Shown: positions 1-7,784, numbered from the stretch's first letter. The stretch: DNA of 32,000 nt from Delftia acidovorans NBRC 14950 (GCF_001598795.1 NZ_BCZP01000008.1:30001-62000), one strand, 5' to 3'. Made by a program: numbers and translations. The notes: generated by a model not told the origin, from the sequence alone.

Positions 1-1227
1 GATGGCCGCCAGCAGGGCGATCGCCACCTGGAACGAATAGCTCATGGCCAGCGCACCGATCACCACCGGGCCCAGTCCGCCCACGGCGCGGCCGATGTTG
101 AACAGCACGTTCTGCGCGGTGGCACGGGCCTCGGTGGGGTAGGCCTCGCTCATCACGGCGCCGTAGCCGCCCATCATGCCGTTGACGAACAGGCCCATGA
201 GGGCGCCTGCCCAGAGCATGGCCGTGGGATCGGACAGCTGCGAATAGAGCACGACCATGATGACCGAGCCCAGCTGGAAGATCAGGAAGCTGGGCTTGCG
301 GCCGATGCGGTCGGCCAACTGGCCGAAGACCCAGATGCCGACCATCATTCCCACCACGGTCACGGCAGTCCATATCGAGGACTTGGTCAGGCTGAAGCCC
401 AGTTGCTTGGACAGGAAGCTGGGCATCCAGATCATGATGCCGTAGTAGCCAAAGTTCTGGACCGAGGTCAGCACGATCACGCCCAGGCTGACCTTGGTCG
501 TGGCGCGGTCCTTCACCAGCAGCTTCAGGCTTTGCAGCACCGGCACGCGGGCCGAGGGCGTGGCGGACTGCTGGCGTTTCACGAAGACTTCGGGCTCGTG
601 CAGCTTGTTGCGGATCACCCATGCCACCACGGCCGGGATCACGCCCACCAGGAACATGCCGCGCCAGCCGATGAGGGGCAGCAGCAGCGGCGTCAGCAGC
701 GCCGCACCCAGCACGCCCATTTGCCAGCCCAGGGCCACGTAGGACGAGACGCGGGCGCGGTGGCGTGCGGGCCAGGCCTCGGCGGCCAGTGCCATGCCGA
801 TGCCGAACTCACCGCCCAGGCCGATGCCCGCAATCGTGCGGTAGGCCAGCAGGTCCCAGTAGCCCTGGGCGAAGGCGCACAGGCCTGTGAAGACTGCGAA
901 CAGCATGATGGTCCAGGTCAGCACGCGGATGCGCCCGTAGCGGTCGCTGAGCAGGCCGAAGAAGATGCCGCCGAACACGGCACCGATCAGCGTCCAGGTC
1001 ACCAGCGAACCGGCCTGGCCCGGCGTGAGGTGCAGGTCGGCCGAAATGGCCGACAGCATGAAGCCCAGGATCAGCAGGTCGAAGCCGTCCATGGCATAGC
1101 CCACGGCCGAGCCGGCCAGGGCCTTCCAGCTGTAGCCATTGACCTGGGTGGCATGTGTGCCGACATGCGTGTCTGTGCTGGCGCCGGCAGCATTGGCTGC
1201 GAGCGCCCCGGAGGAAGTGGTGGTCAC
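1..1227 (-). CDS. MFS transporter (metabolite:H+ symporter type); C-terminus runs off the left edge
   Basis: Absent from the ORF track because it starts with GTG (complement of 1225-1227) and stays open to base 1 (409 codons). My translation reads VTTTSSGALAAN..GYAMDGFDLLILGFMLSAI..GLLSDRYGRIRVL..AGIGLGGEFG..GQLADRIGRKP, which carries typical MFS motifs. AAGGA lies 8 nt upstream of the GTG. The + strand ORF 403..1569 is its antisense shadow. Confidence 0.85.
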   Translation of the reverse strand, partial: MTTTSSGALAANAAGASTDTHVGTHATQVNGYSWKALAGSAVGYAMDGFDLLILGFMLSAISADLHLTPGQAGSLVTWTLIGAVFGGIFFGLLSDRYGRIRVLTWTIMLFAVFTGLCAFAQGYWDLLAYRTIAGIGLGGEFGIGMALAAEAWPARHRARVSSYVALGWQMGVLGAALLTPLLLPLIGWRGMFLVGVIPAVVAWVIRNKLHEPEVFVKRQQSATPSARVPVLQSLKLLVKDRATTKVSLGVIVLTSVQNFGYYGIMIWMPSFLSKQLGFSLTKSSIWTAVTVVGMMVGIWVFGQLADRIGRKPSFLIFQLGSVIMVVLYSQLSDPTAMLWAGALMGLFVNGMMGGYGAVMSEAYPTEARATAQNVLFNIGRAVGGLGPVVIGALAMSYSFQVAIALLAAI

Positions 1228-1464
1228 GTGAAAATCCTTGAAAGCCAGGACGGCGCGCGCTCTCGCTGGGGTGCGGCACCACGCAAAACGCCTGCGCCGC
1301 CGGCTGGGCCGGCGTGCGGGCACGCTGCGCGTGTGCGGCATCCTGGAGTGGCGATGGGCACGGGAAATCCTGGTGGGAAAACAAGCTGGGCGGCCGGCAT
1401 GCCGGAGCATGGCAGGGGCTGCGCGCAAAGACAGAGCGCAAGGTGCAGCGCCAAAAGACCGCTT

Positions 1465-1509
1465 CTGCAAAAAGCGAAAGCCCTGAAATCGGCCGGGCGA
1501 TCAGGGCTT
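1465..1509 (-). terminator. Rho-independent-type terminator readable only on the minus strand, with no annotated gene upstream of it
   Basis: A 9-bp stem AAGCCCTGA (1478-1486) pairs with TCAGGGCTT (1501-1509). On the minus strand it is followed by TCGCTTTTTGC. No T-run follows it on the plus strand. Confidence 0.45.
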
Positions 1510-1751
1510 GGAGGCCGTGGGCAGGCCCTGCGAGGAGAGGGCGGCCCATGCGAGCGGGCGCAATGGTAAGGCAAGTCGCCAGCCAAGGCAAGCTGCGGGG
1601 CTTATGCCAGGGCGCTGGGTCTTTGGCCGGGGCGCCAAGGGTGCTCGTGCTAGGCTGGCGCCCGCTGCGGCCATTGCGCCGCTGGCGCGCCCCATATCTG
1701 CCCGGGTCCGTCTATGACCTTGCGGTGCAGTGCGGCGATATCTCGCAGGTT

Positions 1752-1780
1752 TTGCCAATAAAAACAATTCTCATTACAGT
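1752..1780 (+). promoter_or_regulatory. Candidate sigma70 promoter with an overlapping Fur box upstream of the imelysin cluster
   Basis: TTGCCA (1752-1757), a 17-nt spacer, then TACAGT (1775-1780). The spacer, read on the minus strand as GTAATGAGAATTGTTTTTA, matches the 19-bp Fur consensus GATAATGATAATCATTATC at 12 of 19 positions by my alignment. It is an AT-rich patch in otherwise GC-rich DNA, and the downstream gene family is classically iron-regulated. Confidence 0.45.
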
Positions 1781-1819
1781 TTGGCATTCCGAGTTCTCCA
1801 ACCTCCGATCCTTTCTGCC

Positions 1820-3016
1820 ATGCATCCCATCCTGATTGCAGCCGCCCTGGCCCTGGGCGCGGCCGCCCCGATGAGCCAGGCCGCAGCCGCCGGCACCGTT
1901 CAACAGCCCGTGAAGAAGAGCCTCTCCGTTGCGGAGGTGGTCAAGCATTACGGCACCCTGGTGCACGCCAATTACTCGGACTCCATCAGCTCCGCCAAGA
2001 CCATGCAGAAAGCCATTGCGGCCTTTGTGGCGGCGCCCAGCGAGCAGGGCCTGAACCAGGCACGCAAGGCCTGGCTGGATGCCCGGGAGTACTACGGCCA
2101 GACCGAGGCCTTCCGCTTCTACGCCGGTCCCATCGACAACGATGAAGGACCCGAAGGCCAGATCAACGCCTGGCCCATGGACGAGTCCTATGTGGACTAT
2201 GTGGAAGGCAATCCCAACGCCGGCATCATCAACAACCGCAAGGAAGCCATCACCAAGAAGCGCCTGGCCGAGCTCAACGAGCATGACGGCGAGGAGAACG
2301 TTTCCACCGGCTGGCACGCCATCGAGTTCATGCTCTGGGGCCAGGACCTGAACGACAAGGGGCCGGGCGCGCGTCCGTACACCGACTTTGTCGATGGCAA
2401 GAAGTCCAATGCCGACCGCCGCCGCGAGTACCTGAAGGTGGTGACCGCGCTGCTGATCGAGGACCTGCAATCCGTGGCCGACCAGTGGAAGCCCGGCTCG
2501 CCCAAGAACTTCCGCGCCCAGTTCGAGAAAAAGCCCGACGATGCGCTGCGCCGCATCTTCGTGGGCCTGGGTTCGCTGTCGCGCGGCGAGCTGGCCGGCG
2601 AGCGCCTGGAAGTGGCCCTGGCCAGCCGCGACCAGGAAGACGAGCACTCCTGCTTCTCGGACAACACGCACCGCGATGCGGTGACCAATGCCCAGGGCAT
2701 CCTCAACGTCTGGCAGGGCAGCTACAAGCGCCTGGATGGCAGCGAGCTGAAAGGCCCTGGCATCAAGGACTGGGTGGCCTCCAAGGACAGCGCGCTGGCC
2801 GACAGGACCACGCGCCAGATCATGCAGTCGGTGCAGGCGGCCCAGGCCATTCCCGCGCCGTTCGACCAGGCCATACAGGGCGCACGCGACTCGGCCTCGC
2901 GCGCCAAGATCCAGGCCACCATCGACAGCCTGGTCCAGCAGAGCAAGGACCTGGTGGAGGCTGCCAATGCCGTCGGCATCACCCAGCTCAACCTGGTGGA
3001 CCCCAAGGCCAACTAA
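1820..3016 (+). CDS. Imelysin family protein (peptidase M75 / IrpA-like, iron-regulated periplasmic protein)
   Basis: Track ORF 1730..3016, trimmed to Met31 (1820), which opens a signal peptide MHPILIAAALALGAAAPMSQAAAAG. The HxxE motif is retained in GWHAIEFMLWGQD. The sequence (ARKAWLDAREYYGQTEAFRFY.., INAWPMDESYVDY) is typical of imelysin/IrpA. Confidence 0.85.
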   Translation: MHPILIAAALALGAAAPMSQAAAAGTVQQPVKKSLSVAEVVKHYGTLVHANYSDSISSAKTMQKAIAAFVAAPSEQGLNQARKAWLDAREYYGQTEAFRFYAGPIDNDEGPEGQINAWPMDESYVDYVEGNPNAGIINNRKEAITKKRLAELNEHDGEENVSTGWHAIEFMLWGQDLNDKGPGARPYTDFVDGKKSNADRRREYLKVVTALLIEDLQSVADQWKPGSPKNFRAQFEKKPDDALRRIFVGLGSLSRGELAGERLEVALASRDQEDEHSCFSDNTHRDAVTNAQGILNVWQGSYKRLDGSELKGPGIKDWVASKDSALADRTTRQIMQSVQAAQAIPAPFDQAIQGARDSASRAKIQATIDSLVQQSKDLVEAANAVGITQLNLVDPKAN

Positions 3017-3120
3017 AAGAACATCCCCGCCAGCGTCCATCCATTCCTGCGCCCATGTGCCAAGGCCGCCGCCCCCGAAAGGGTTCGGCGGCCCTGGCTT
3101 TTCCAGGGACGTCCCCACCC

Positions 3121-4632
3121 ATGAATCTCTCCCCCTCGCTGCTGGTCGCTGCCTCCCTGGTCCTGATGGGCTGCTCGGCCCAACAGCAGGACACGGTGGC
3201 TGCCGCTCCAGCGCGCGCGCCAGCACCGCAGCCTGCTCCCGATCCAGCTCCCGATCCAGCTCTTTTGTTCGCGGCGCCCGGCGAGCCCCTGCCCCCGGGC
3301 GGCCAGACCACGGTCCACGCCACGGGCCGCAACGCCTTCTCGCTGCCTGCCGCCAACCTGGAGGATGCAGAGCGCACGCGCTTTGTCATCGGCAACTCCT
3401 TCTTCAAGCGCAACTGGGTGCAGGCCCCGGCCTCCACCACGGCGCGCGATGGCCTGGGCCCGCACTTCCTGGCGCGCTCCTGCGGCGGCTGCCATGTGCA
3501 GGACGGCCGCGCCCAGCCGCCCGACTTCCACAACCCGCTCAAGCCCCAGCCCTTCGCGGGCCTGCTCATGCGGCTGTCCATTCCGGGCGAAGGCCCGCAC
3601 GGCAGCCCGGTGCCGGACCCGGTCTATGGCGACCAGTTCAATACCGAGGGCGTGCTTGGCGTCAAGGGCGAGGGCCAGCTGCGCATCCGCTATGAACAGG
3701 TGCATGGCCGCTTTGCCGACGGCACGGCCTACACGCTGGAAAAGCCGGTCTACGAGCTGGCTGCGCTCAACTACGGCCCCCTGGCCGCAAACCTGATGAC
3801 CAGCCCGCGCATTGCGCCCCAGGTCATCGGCCTGGGCCTGCTGGAGCACATCCCGGAGTCCGAGATCCTGGCCAACGCTGCCGCCCAGGCGGCCCTGGGC
3901 GGCCCCATCAAGGGCCAGCCCAACTATGTCTGGGATGCCTACGGCGAACGCATGATGCTGGGCCGCTTCGGCTGGAAGGCCAACGTGGCCTCCATTGCCC
4001 ACCAGACGGCTTCGGCCTTCCTGGGCGATATCGGCATCACATCGAAGCGCTTCCCGCACCAGACCTGCACGCCCGCACAAAAGGACTGCCTGGCAGCGCC
4101 CAACGGCAACGGCGCCGAGGGCGTGGAGATCGAGGACCGCGTGCTGGACGACGTGATCTTCTACCAGGCCACGCTGGCGCCGCCTGCACGGCGCAACGCC
4201 AGCGACCCGGCCGTGCGCCGTGGCGAGGCACTGTTCCACCAGGCACAGTGTGCGCAGTGCCACCGGCCCTCGTACAAGACCGGCGGGGAGCTGTTTCCCG
4301 CGCTGTCGCCGGCACTCAGCAGCAAGGGGTTGTCGGGCCAGACCATTGCGCCCTACACCGACCTGCTGCTGCACGACATGGGCGATGCGCTGGCCGATGG
4401 CCGGCCCGACTTCAAGGCCTCAGGCCGCCAGTGGCGCACGCCGCCGCTGTGGGGCATAGGCCTGCTGCCCGATGTCAACAACCACCAGCGCCTGCTGCAC
4501 GACGGCCGTGCGCGCGGCGTGCTCGAAGCCATCCTCTGGCACGGCGGCGAGGCCGAAGCCGCGCGCGAACAGGTTCGCCAGTTCAGCGCCGAAGACCGTG
4601 AAGCCCTGGTCAAATTTGTGGAGTCCCTCTGA
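3121..4632 (+). CDS. DUF1111 di-haem oxidoreductase (putative peroxidase / thiol oxidoreductase), lipoprotein
   Basis: Track ORF 2485..4632, trimmed to MNLSPSLLVAASLVLMGCSAQQ (lipobox LMGC) at 3121. It has two CxxCH haem motifs (SCGGCHVQDGR and QCAQCHRPSY) and the GRFGWKA motif. A Pro/Ala/Asp linker APAPQPAPDPAPDPA follows the lipobox. Confidence 0.85.
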   Translation: MNLSPSLLVAASLVLMGCSAQQQDTVAAAPARAPAPQPAPDPAPDPALLFAAPGEPLPPGGQTTVHATGRNAFSLPAANLEDAERTRFVIGNSFFKRNWVQAPASTTARDGLGPHFLARSCGGCHVQDGRAQPPDFHNPLKPQPFAGLLMRLSIPGEGPHGSPVPDPVYGDQFNTEGVLGVKGEGQLRIRYEQVHGRFADGTAYTLEKPVYELAALNYGPLAANLMTSPRIAPQVIGLGLLEHIPESEILANAAAQAALGGPIKGQPNYVWDAYGERMMLGRFGWKANVASIAHQTASAFLGDIGITSKRFPHQTCTPAQKDCLAAPNGNGAEGVEIEDRVLDDVIFYQATLAPPARRNASDPAVRRGEALFHQAQCAQCHRPSYKTGGELFPALSPALSSKGLSGQTIAPYTDLLLHDMGDALADGRPDFKASGRQWRTPPLWGIGLLPDVNNHQRLLHDGRARGVLEAILWHGGEAEAAREQVRQFSAEDREALVKFVESL

Positions 4633-5717
4633 TGCAAGACATGCGCATGACCCCTCGCCAAATCCTTTGTGCCGCCGCGCTGGCGCTGCTGGCCGCCGCC
4701 CCGGTCCATGCCCAGGAAGTGGATGCCAACATGGCCATTCCCTTCTACAACACGGCCCACGCCGTGCAGGGGCTGTACGGTCAATGGTTCTCGCCCCAGG
4801 CCAAGGCCGCGCAGGCATCCGCCCAGGCGCTGAGCCAGGCGCTGCGCGCGCACTGCGCGGCACCTGCGGGATCGGCTGCCGCCACGCTGCAGACGGCGCG
4901 CCAGGCCTATGTGCAATCGTCGCGGCAGTGGAGCAGCCTCTCGGCCGTGGCCCTGGGGCCGCTGGTGGAGCGCCGCTCGGCGCGTCTGGTGGACTTCCGC
5001 CCCATGCGCCCGGCCCTGCTCAAGAAGGCCATACAGTCGGCCCCCGCCGATCTGGCTGCCATGGAGCGCATCGGCGCACCCGCCAAGGGATACCCGGCGC
5101 TCGAGAACCTGCTGTGGACCCAGCCCGTGGAGCCGCAGACGCCGGCCTGCGCCTATGCCACCCTGGTGTCCGAGGAAATCGGCGCCGAGATGGGCATCCT
5201 CAGCAACGGCTTTGCGAAGCTCGCGGCCCAGGATTGGTCCGAGGACGGCGATGCCACCACCGAAGCCATGGCCGAGTTCATCAACCAGTGGGTGGGCGGC
5301 CTGGAGCGCCTGCGCTGGGCGGACATGGAAAAGCCTTTGCGTAGTGCGGGCAGTGCGGGCAGCAAACCGCCCGCCTGGGAGCATCTCGCCAGCGGCAGCA
5401 CCCTGGAGATCTGGCGCGCGCACTGGCAGGGCCTGCGCACGCTGGCCGTGAGCGTGGACCGCAAGGTGCCCCAGCCCGGCGTGGACATCGTGCCCATCGA
5501 GTCCTACCTGCGCGGCCGTGGCCTCAACCCGCTGGCCGATCGCTGGCTCAAGGCAGTCAACGAGGCCGATGCCGGCATGCGCGCCCTGACCGAGCCGAGC
5601 GCCAAGGCCGTCGATGCCGCGACCAAGCCGCTGTCGCGCCTCAAGCGCCTCATGGAAGGCGAGGTGGCGCCTGCGCTGGAAGTCAACATCGGGTTCTCGG
5701 ATGCCGACGGGGATTGA
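4632..5717 (+). CDS. Imelysin-like protein (second, degenerate copy)
   Basis: The start ATG overlaps the upstream stop (ATGA at 4629-4632), with GGAG 8 nt upstream. Signal peptide MTPRQILCAAALALLAAAPVHAQ. The equivalent of the HxxE motif reads GYPALENLLW, so the His is lost. Met4 or Met6 are alternative starts. Confidence 0.75.
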   Translation: MQDMRMTPRQILCAAALALLAAAPVHAQEVDANMAIPFYNTAHAVQGLYGQWFSPQAKAAQASAQALSQALRAHCAAPAGSAAATLQTARQAYVQSSRQWSSLSAVALGPLVERRSARLVDFRPMRPALLKKAIQSAPADLAAMERIGAPAKGYPALENLLWTQPVEPQTPACAYATLVSEEIGAEMGILSNGFAKLAAQDWSEDGDATTEAMAEFINQWVGGLERLRWADMEKPLRSAGSAGSKPPAWEHLASGSTLEIWRAHWQGLRTLAVSVDRKVPQPGVDIVPIESYLRGRGLNPLADRWLKAVNEADAGMRALTEPSAKAVDAATKPLSRLKRLMEGEVAPALEVNIGFSDADGD

Positions 5718-6900
5718 GCAGGCGCTGAATCGCCGCCGCTGGCTGCAGGGCATGGGGCTGCTGGCTGCCATGCCGCTGGCAACCTCCCATGCGGCCAGGC
5801 CGTCCGGGCCGGCACGGTCGCTGGCTGCGGCCTGGATGCAGGGCGAGCAGATGCGTGTCGGCATCGTGCAGGCCAGTGCGCAGGTGGACAGGCCGCTGCA
5901 GGTGCTGCAGGCCCTGGATGTGCCCACGCGCGCCCATGGCATGGCCGCGCTGCGCGACGGCTCCGTGGTCTTCGCCAGCCGCCGCCCCGGTGACTGGCTG
6001 GTACGCCTGAAGCCGGGACAGGCCGCCGACGATGCGCAGTGGCAGTGGATCGAGCCCGACCGCTTCTTCAACGGCCATGTCATCGAAAGCGCCGATGGCC
6101 GCCATCTCTACACCACCGAGACCGACCTGGAAGATGCCCAGGGCCTGATCGGCGTGCGCGATGCCATCACCTTGGAGAAGATCGCCGAATGGCGCACGGG
6201 CGGCATGGACCCGCACCAGTTGCTGCTGGACGCCGACGGCACGCTCATGGTCGCCAACGGCGGCATTCCCACGCAGTCCGAAACCGGCCGGCGCAAGCTG
6301 CAGCTGGACCACATGGACTCCTCCATCGCGCGGCTGTTGCCGGCCGAAGGCGGCGCCCGCGCCGGCCTGTGGAAGCTGGACGACAACCGCCTGAGCCTGC
6401 GCCACCTGGCCTGGGGCCCGCAGGTCGCCCACGCGCCAGCACGCCGCTGGCTGGGCATTGCGCTGCAGGCCGAGCACCGCGACACCGAAGCGCGCGCCGC
6501 CGCGCCCGTGCTGGCCCTGTTCGATGGCCACCGTTTGCATGCCGTGCCCCTGCCCGAAGGGCGCGAGCCCCTGGCCGGCTATGGCGGCGACATAGGCTGC
6601 GACGGCCAGCTCTTCGCCGTCAGCTGCCCGCGCGTGAACACCGTCACCTGGTGGCAGGTGCCCGACAGCGGCCAGGCCAGCGGCCGCTGGCTGCGCGGCG
6701 ATGCCATGCCGGGCGTGTACTGCGTGGCCAACGCAAGTGTCTCGCTGGATGCCAAGGGCCGGCCCCTGCCTGCCGAGCCCGCGCTGTGGATGGGCGGCGC
6801 ACGCCAGGCCCAATTGCGCCAGCGCGGCCAGGTGCTGCGCACGGTGCCGGTGCCTGGAATGGCGTTGGATAATCACTGGATTGCGCTCATGCGTCATTGA
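5701..6900 (+). CDS. DUF1513 domain protein with twin-arginine signal
   Basis: Track ORF 5614..6900, trimmed to MPTGIEQALNRRRWLQGMGLLAAMPLATSHA (Tat-like RRRWL). It overlaps the previous gene by 17 nt. The core GHVIESADGRHLYTTE..DPHQLLLDADGTLMVANGGIPTQSETGRRKL..LSLRHLAW is typical of DUF1513, the usual fourth gene of this cluster. Confidence 0.8.
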   Translation: MPTGIEQALNRRRWLQGMGLLAAMPLATSHAARPSGPARSLAAAWMQGEQMRVGIVQASAQVDRPLQVLQALDVPTRAHGMAALRDGSVVFASRRPGDWLVRLKPGQAADDAQWQWIEPDRFFNGHVIESADGRHLYTTETDLEDAQGLIGVRDAITLEKIAEWRTGGMDPHQLLLDADGTLMVANGGIPTQSETGRRKLQLDHMDSSIARLLPAEGGARAGLWKLDDNRLSLRHLAWGPQVAHAPARRWLGIALQAEHRDTEARAAAPVLALFDGHRLHAVPLPEGREPLAGYGGDIGCDGQLFAVSCPRVNTVTWWQVPDSGQASGRWLRGDAMPGVYCVANASVSLDAKGRPLPAEPALWMGGARQAQLRQRGQVLRTVPVPGMALDNHWIALMRH

Positions 6901-6929
6901 CGCAGTTTGGTGCAATCTCATATTTGATA

Positions 6930-6966
6930 TTCAAGCGGGCGTCACATGACGGCCGCTTGAATTTGA
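6930..6966 (+). terminator. Terminator hairpin after the DUF1513 gene
   Basis: TTCAAGCGG (6930-6938) pairs with CCGCTTGAA (6953-6961), followed by TTTGAC. It lies 30 nt after the stop codon. Confidence 0.55.
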
Positions 6967-6981
6967 CTATGCCTGGATATC

Positions 6982-6992
6982 TCGCAAGAATT
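6982..6992 (+). repeat. 11-nt direct copy of a tRNA-internal sequence (TTCACGGATTC); possible att remnant
   Basis: It is identical to, and in the same orientation as, 7835-7845 inside the tRNA gene. It sits at the left border of the AT-rich islet. Confidence 0.35.
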
Positions 6993-7099
6993 CACGGATT
7001 CCATGCTTCATCCTGATTTTCAGATGCCGATCCTGTTGAAATCAACTCCTGGTTGATATTCAATGAATGTGGGCTCAGCTCCCGGTACTGAATCCCTAT

Positions 7100-7130
7100 G
7101 AAATTGATTCAAGTCCATTGAATCAATTTC
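7100..7130. repeat. Perfect 12-bp inverted repeat with 7-nt spacer
   Basis: GAAATTGATTCA (7100-7111), spacer agtccat, then TGAATCAATTTC (7119-7130). No T-run follows on either side, so it looks more like a protein-binding dyad than a terminator. Confidence 0.7.
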
Positions 7131-7178
7131 CTGATCGTCGCTGCCATGACTACTGCCATGGCAGCATGCCAGATGGCC

Positions 7179-7343
7179 TCAGGTCTTTTGGATCAACTTC
7201 CATGTGACAGCATGACCATTGTGCGGTGGCATGGTGTTGCCCTTTGCAATGGGTGCTGTGGTCGAAGGTTTGTCCTGGGACTCCCAGGTGCCACTTTCTG
7301 GACAATTTTCACCTGTTTTGGCGAGTGTGCCGATTTCTGCCAT
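7179..7343 (-). CDS. Small hypothetical protein (54 aa), possibly YjzC-like
   Basis: Track ORF 7179..7379 (-), trimmed to MAEIGTLAKTGENCPESGTWESQDKPSTTAPIAKGNTMPPHNGHAVTWKLIQKT. AAGGAG lies 8 nt upstream of this ATG. The pattern 'P.SG.W...KG..MPP...W.L' recalls small YjzC-like proteins, from memory only. Codon usage is lower in GC than in neighbouring genes. Confidence 0.6.
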   Translation of the reverse strand: MAEIGTLAKTGENCPESGTWESQDKPSTTAPIAKGNTMPPHNGHAVTWKLIQKT

Positions 7344-7443
7344 TGAAATACTCCTTGAAAAAGCAGCAAAAGACTGCATTGAGATTAGATCAAATTAATG
7401 CGTGCCGCACAAAGGCAGTAAATTTTGTGACTAGGAATGGTCT

Positions 7444-7472
7444 TAGTAATATTTTCTGATTTCTGGGAATAG
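7444..7472 (+). repeat. Imperfect direct repeat, copy 1
   Basis: TAGTAATATTTTCTGATTTCTGGGAATAG. Its core TTTTCTGATTT is identical to 7561-7571. Confidence 0.6.
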
Positions 7473-7554
7473 TCCGATGGATTTTTCGTGTTGCTCGAAA
7501 AATACGAGTGCCTGGCATGTTTTTCCGTTGGAAATCACAGTGAATCCATATTTC

Positions 7555-7581
7555 TAGGATTTTTCTGATTTTTGGGGAGAG
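7555..7581 (+). repeat. Imperfect direct repeat, copy 2
   Basis: TAGGATTTTTCTGATTTTTGGGGAGAG. It shares TTTTCTGATTTyTGGG with copy 1 (one mismatch in 16). Confidence 0.6.
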
Positions 7582-7784
7582 TGCAGCGCAGCACAGGTTG
7601 TGCTTGCAGCGACCGCCGAGCCACGCAGTTGCGTGGGGCCTGGCTGGGCTGGTGCAAGTGCCGAAAGAAATGTTGTTCATCCCGCGTTGCTGGCTGGCGG
7701 CAGGCATCCCGGGATGCGCTGCCGACCGGGGGCAAGAGGGCGTGTCGTCGCAGTTGTCCGGCGCGGACGCATGCGATGGGGCAA

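Larger units (their letters stand above)
6967..7581. other. AT-rich, repeat-dense islet with atypical composition; possible decayed tRNA-associated island
   Basis: The region is visibly AT-rich compared with every other part of the window. It has no long ORF, one short well-formed gene, and many dyad and direct repeats. It abuts the 3' side of a tRNA gene. Confidence 0.4.

Noticed and set aside
403-1569. 388-aa + strand ORF, plus overlapping ORFs 809..1591(-) and 1224..1586(-)
   Set aside because: Their composition (Ala/Gly/Arg/His-rich, no motifs) is typical of frame shadows in high-GC DNA. The region up to 1227 is fully explained by the minus-strand MFS gene, which shows clear family motifs.
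1730-1819. Upstream extension of the imelysin ORF (track start 1730), and likewise track start 2485 for the DUF1111 gene, 5614 for DUF1513, 15272 for cbrC and 15751 for the SUKH gene
   Set aside because: The extensions precede obvious signal peptides or family N-termini. They overlap upstream genes or regulatory DNA and translate to non-protein-like sequence.
1712-3226. 504-aa minus-strand ORF and other long antisense ORFs (3013..4374-, 4353..6083-, 5683..6921-, 9376..10989+, 17852..19942-, 19572..20723-, 20576..21577-, 22596..26642-, 28164..30047-, 29699..31897-)
   Set aside because: Each lies opposite a gene with unambiguous family motifs. Their translations are low-complexity Arg/Ala/Gly/Pro strings with no recognisable domains.
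6957-6967. 11-mer TTGAATTTGAC shared with 18404-18414
   Set aside because: A single arbitrary 11-nt match between two unrelated places in a 32-kb window is expected by chance many times over. There is no extended similarity or positional logic.
7020-7118. 32-codon minus-strand ORF (MDLNQFHRDSVPGAEPTFIEYQPGVDFNRIGI) in the islet
   Set aside because: Its start lies in the loop of the 12-bp dyad, the SD spacing is poor, and I recognise no family. The evidence is insufficient to call a gene.
6924-7130. Interpreting the TTGA..TCAA dyads as FNR/CRP boxes
   Set aside because: FNR-type sites are TTGAT-N4-ATCAA (TTGA-N6-TCAA). The spacers here are only 1-3 nt, so the geometry does not fit.
7477-7549. 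tRNA-like fold of the 73-nt segment (7-bp terminal helix, possible T-arm)
   Set aside because: The anticodon-arm positions cannot pair. The D-loop lacks GG and the putative T-loop lacks TTC. It is not a tRNA or a recognisable pseudo-tRNA.
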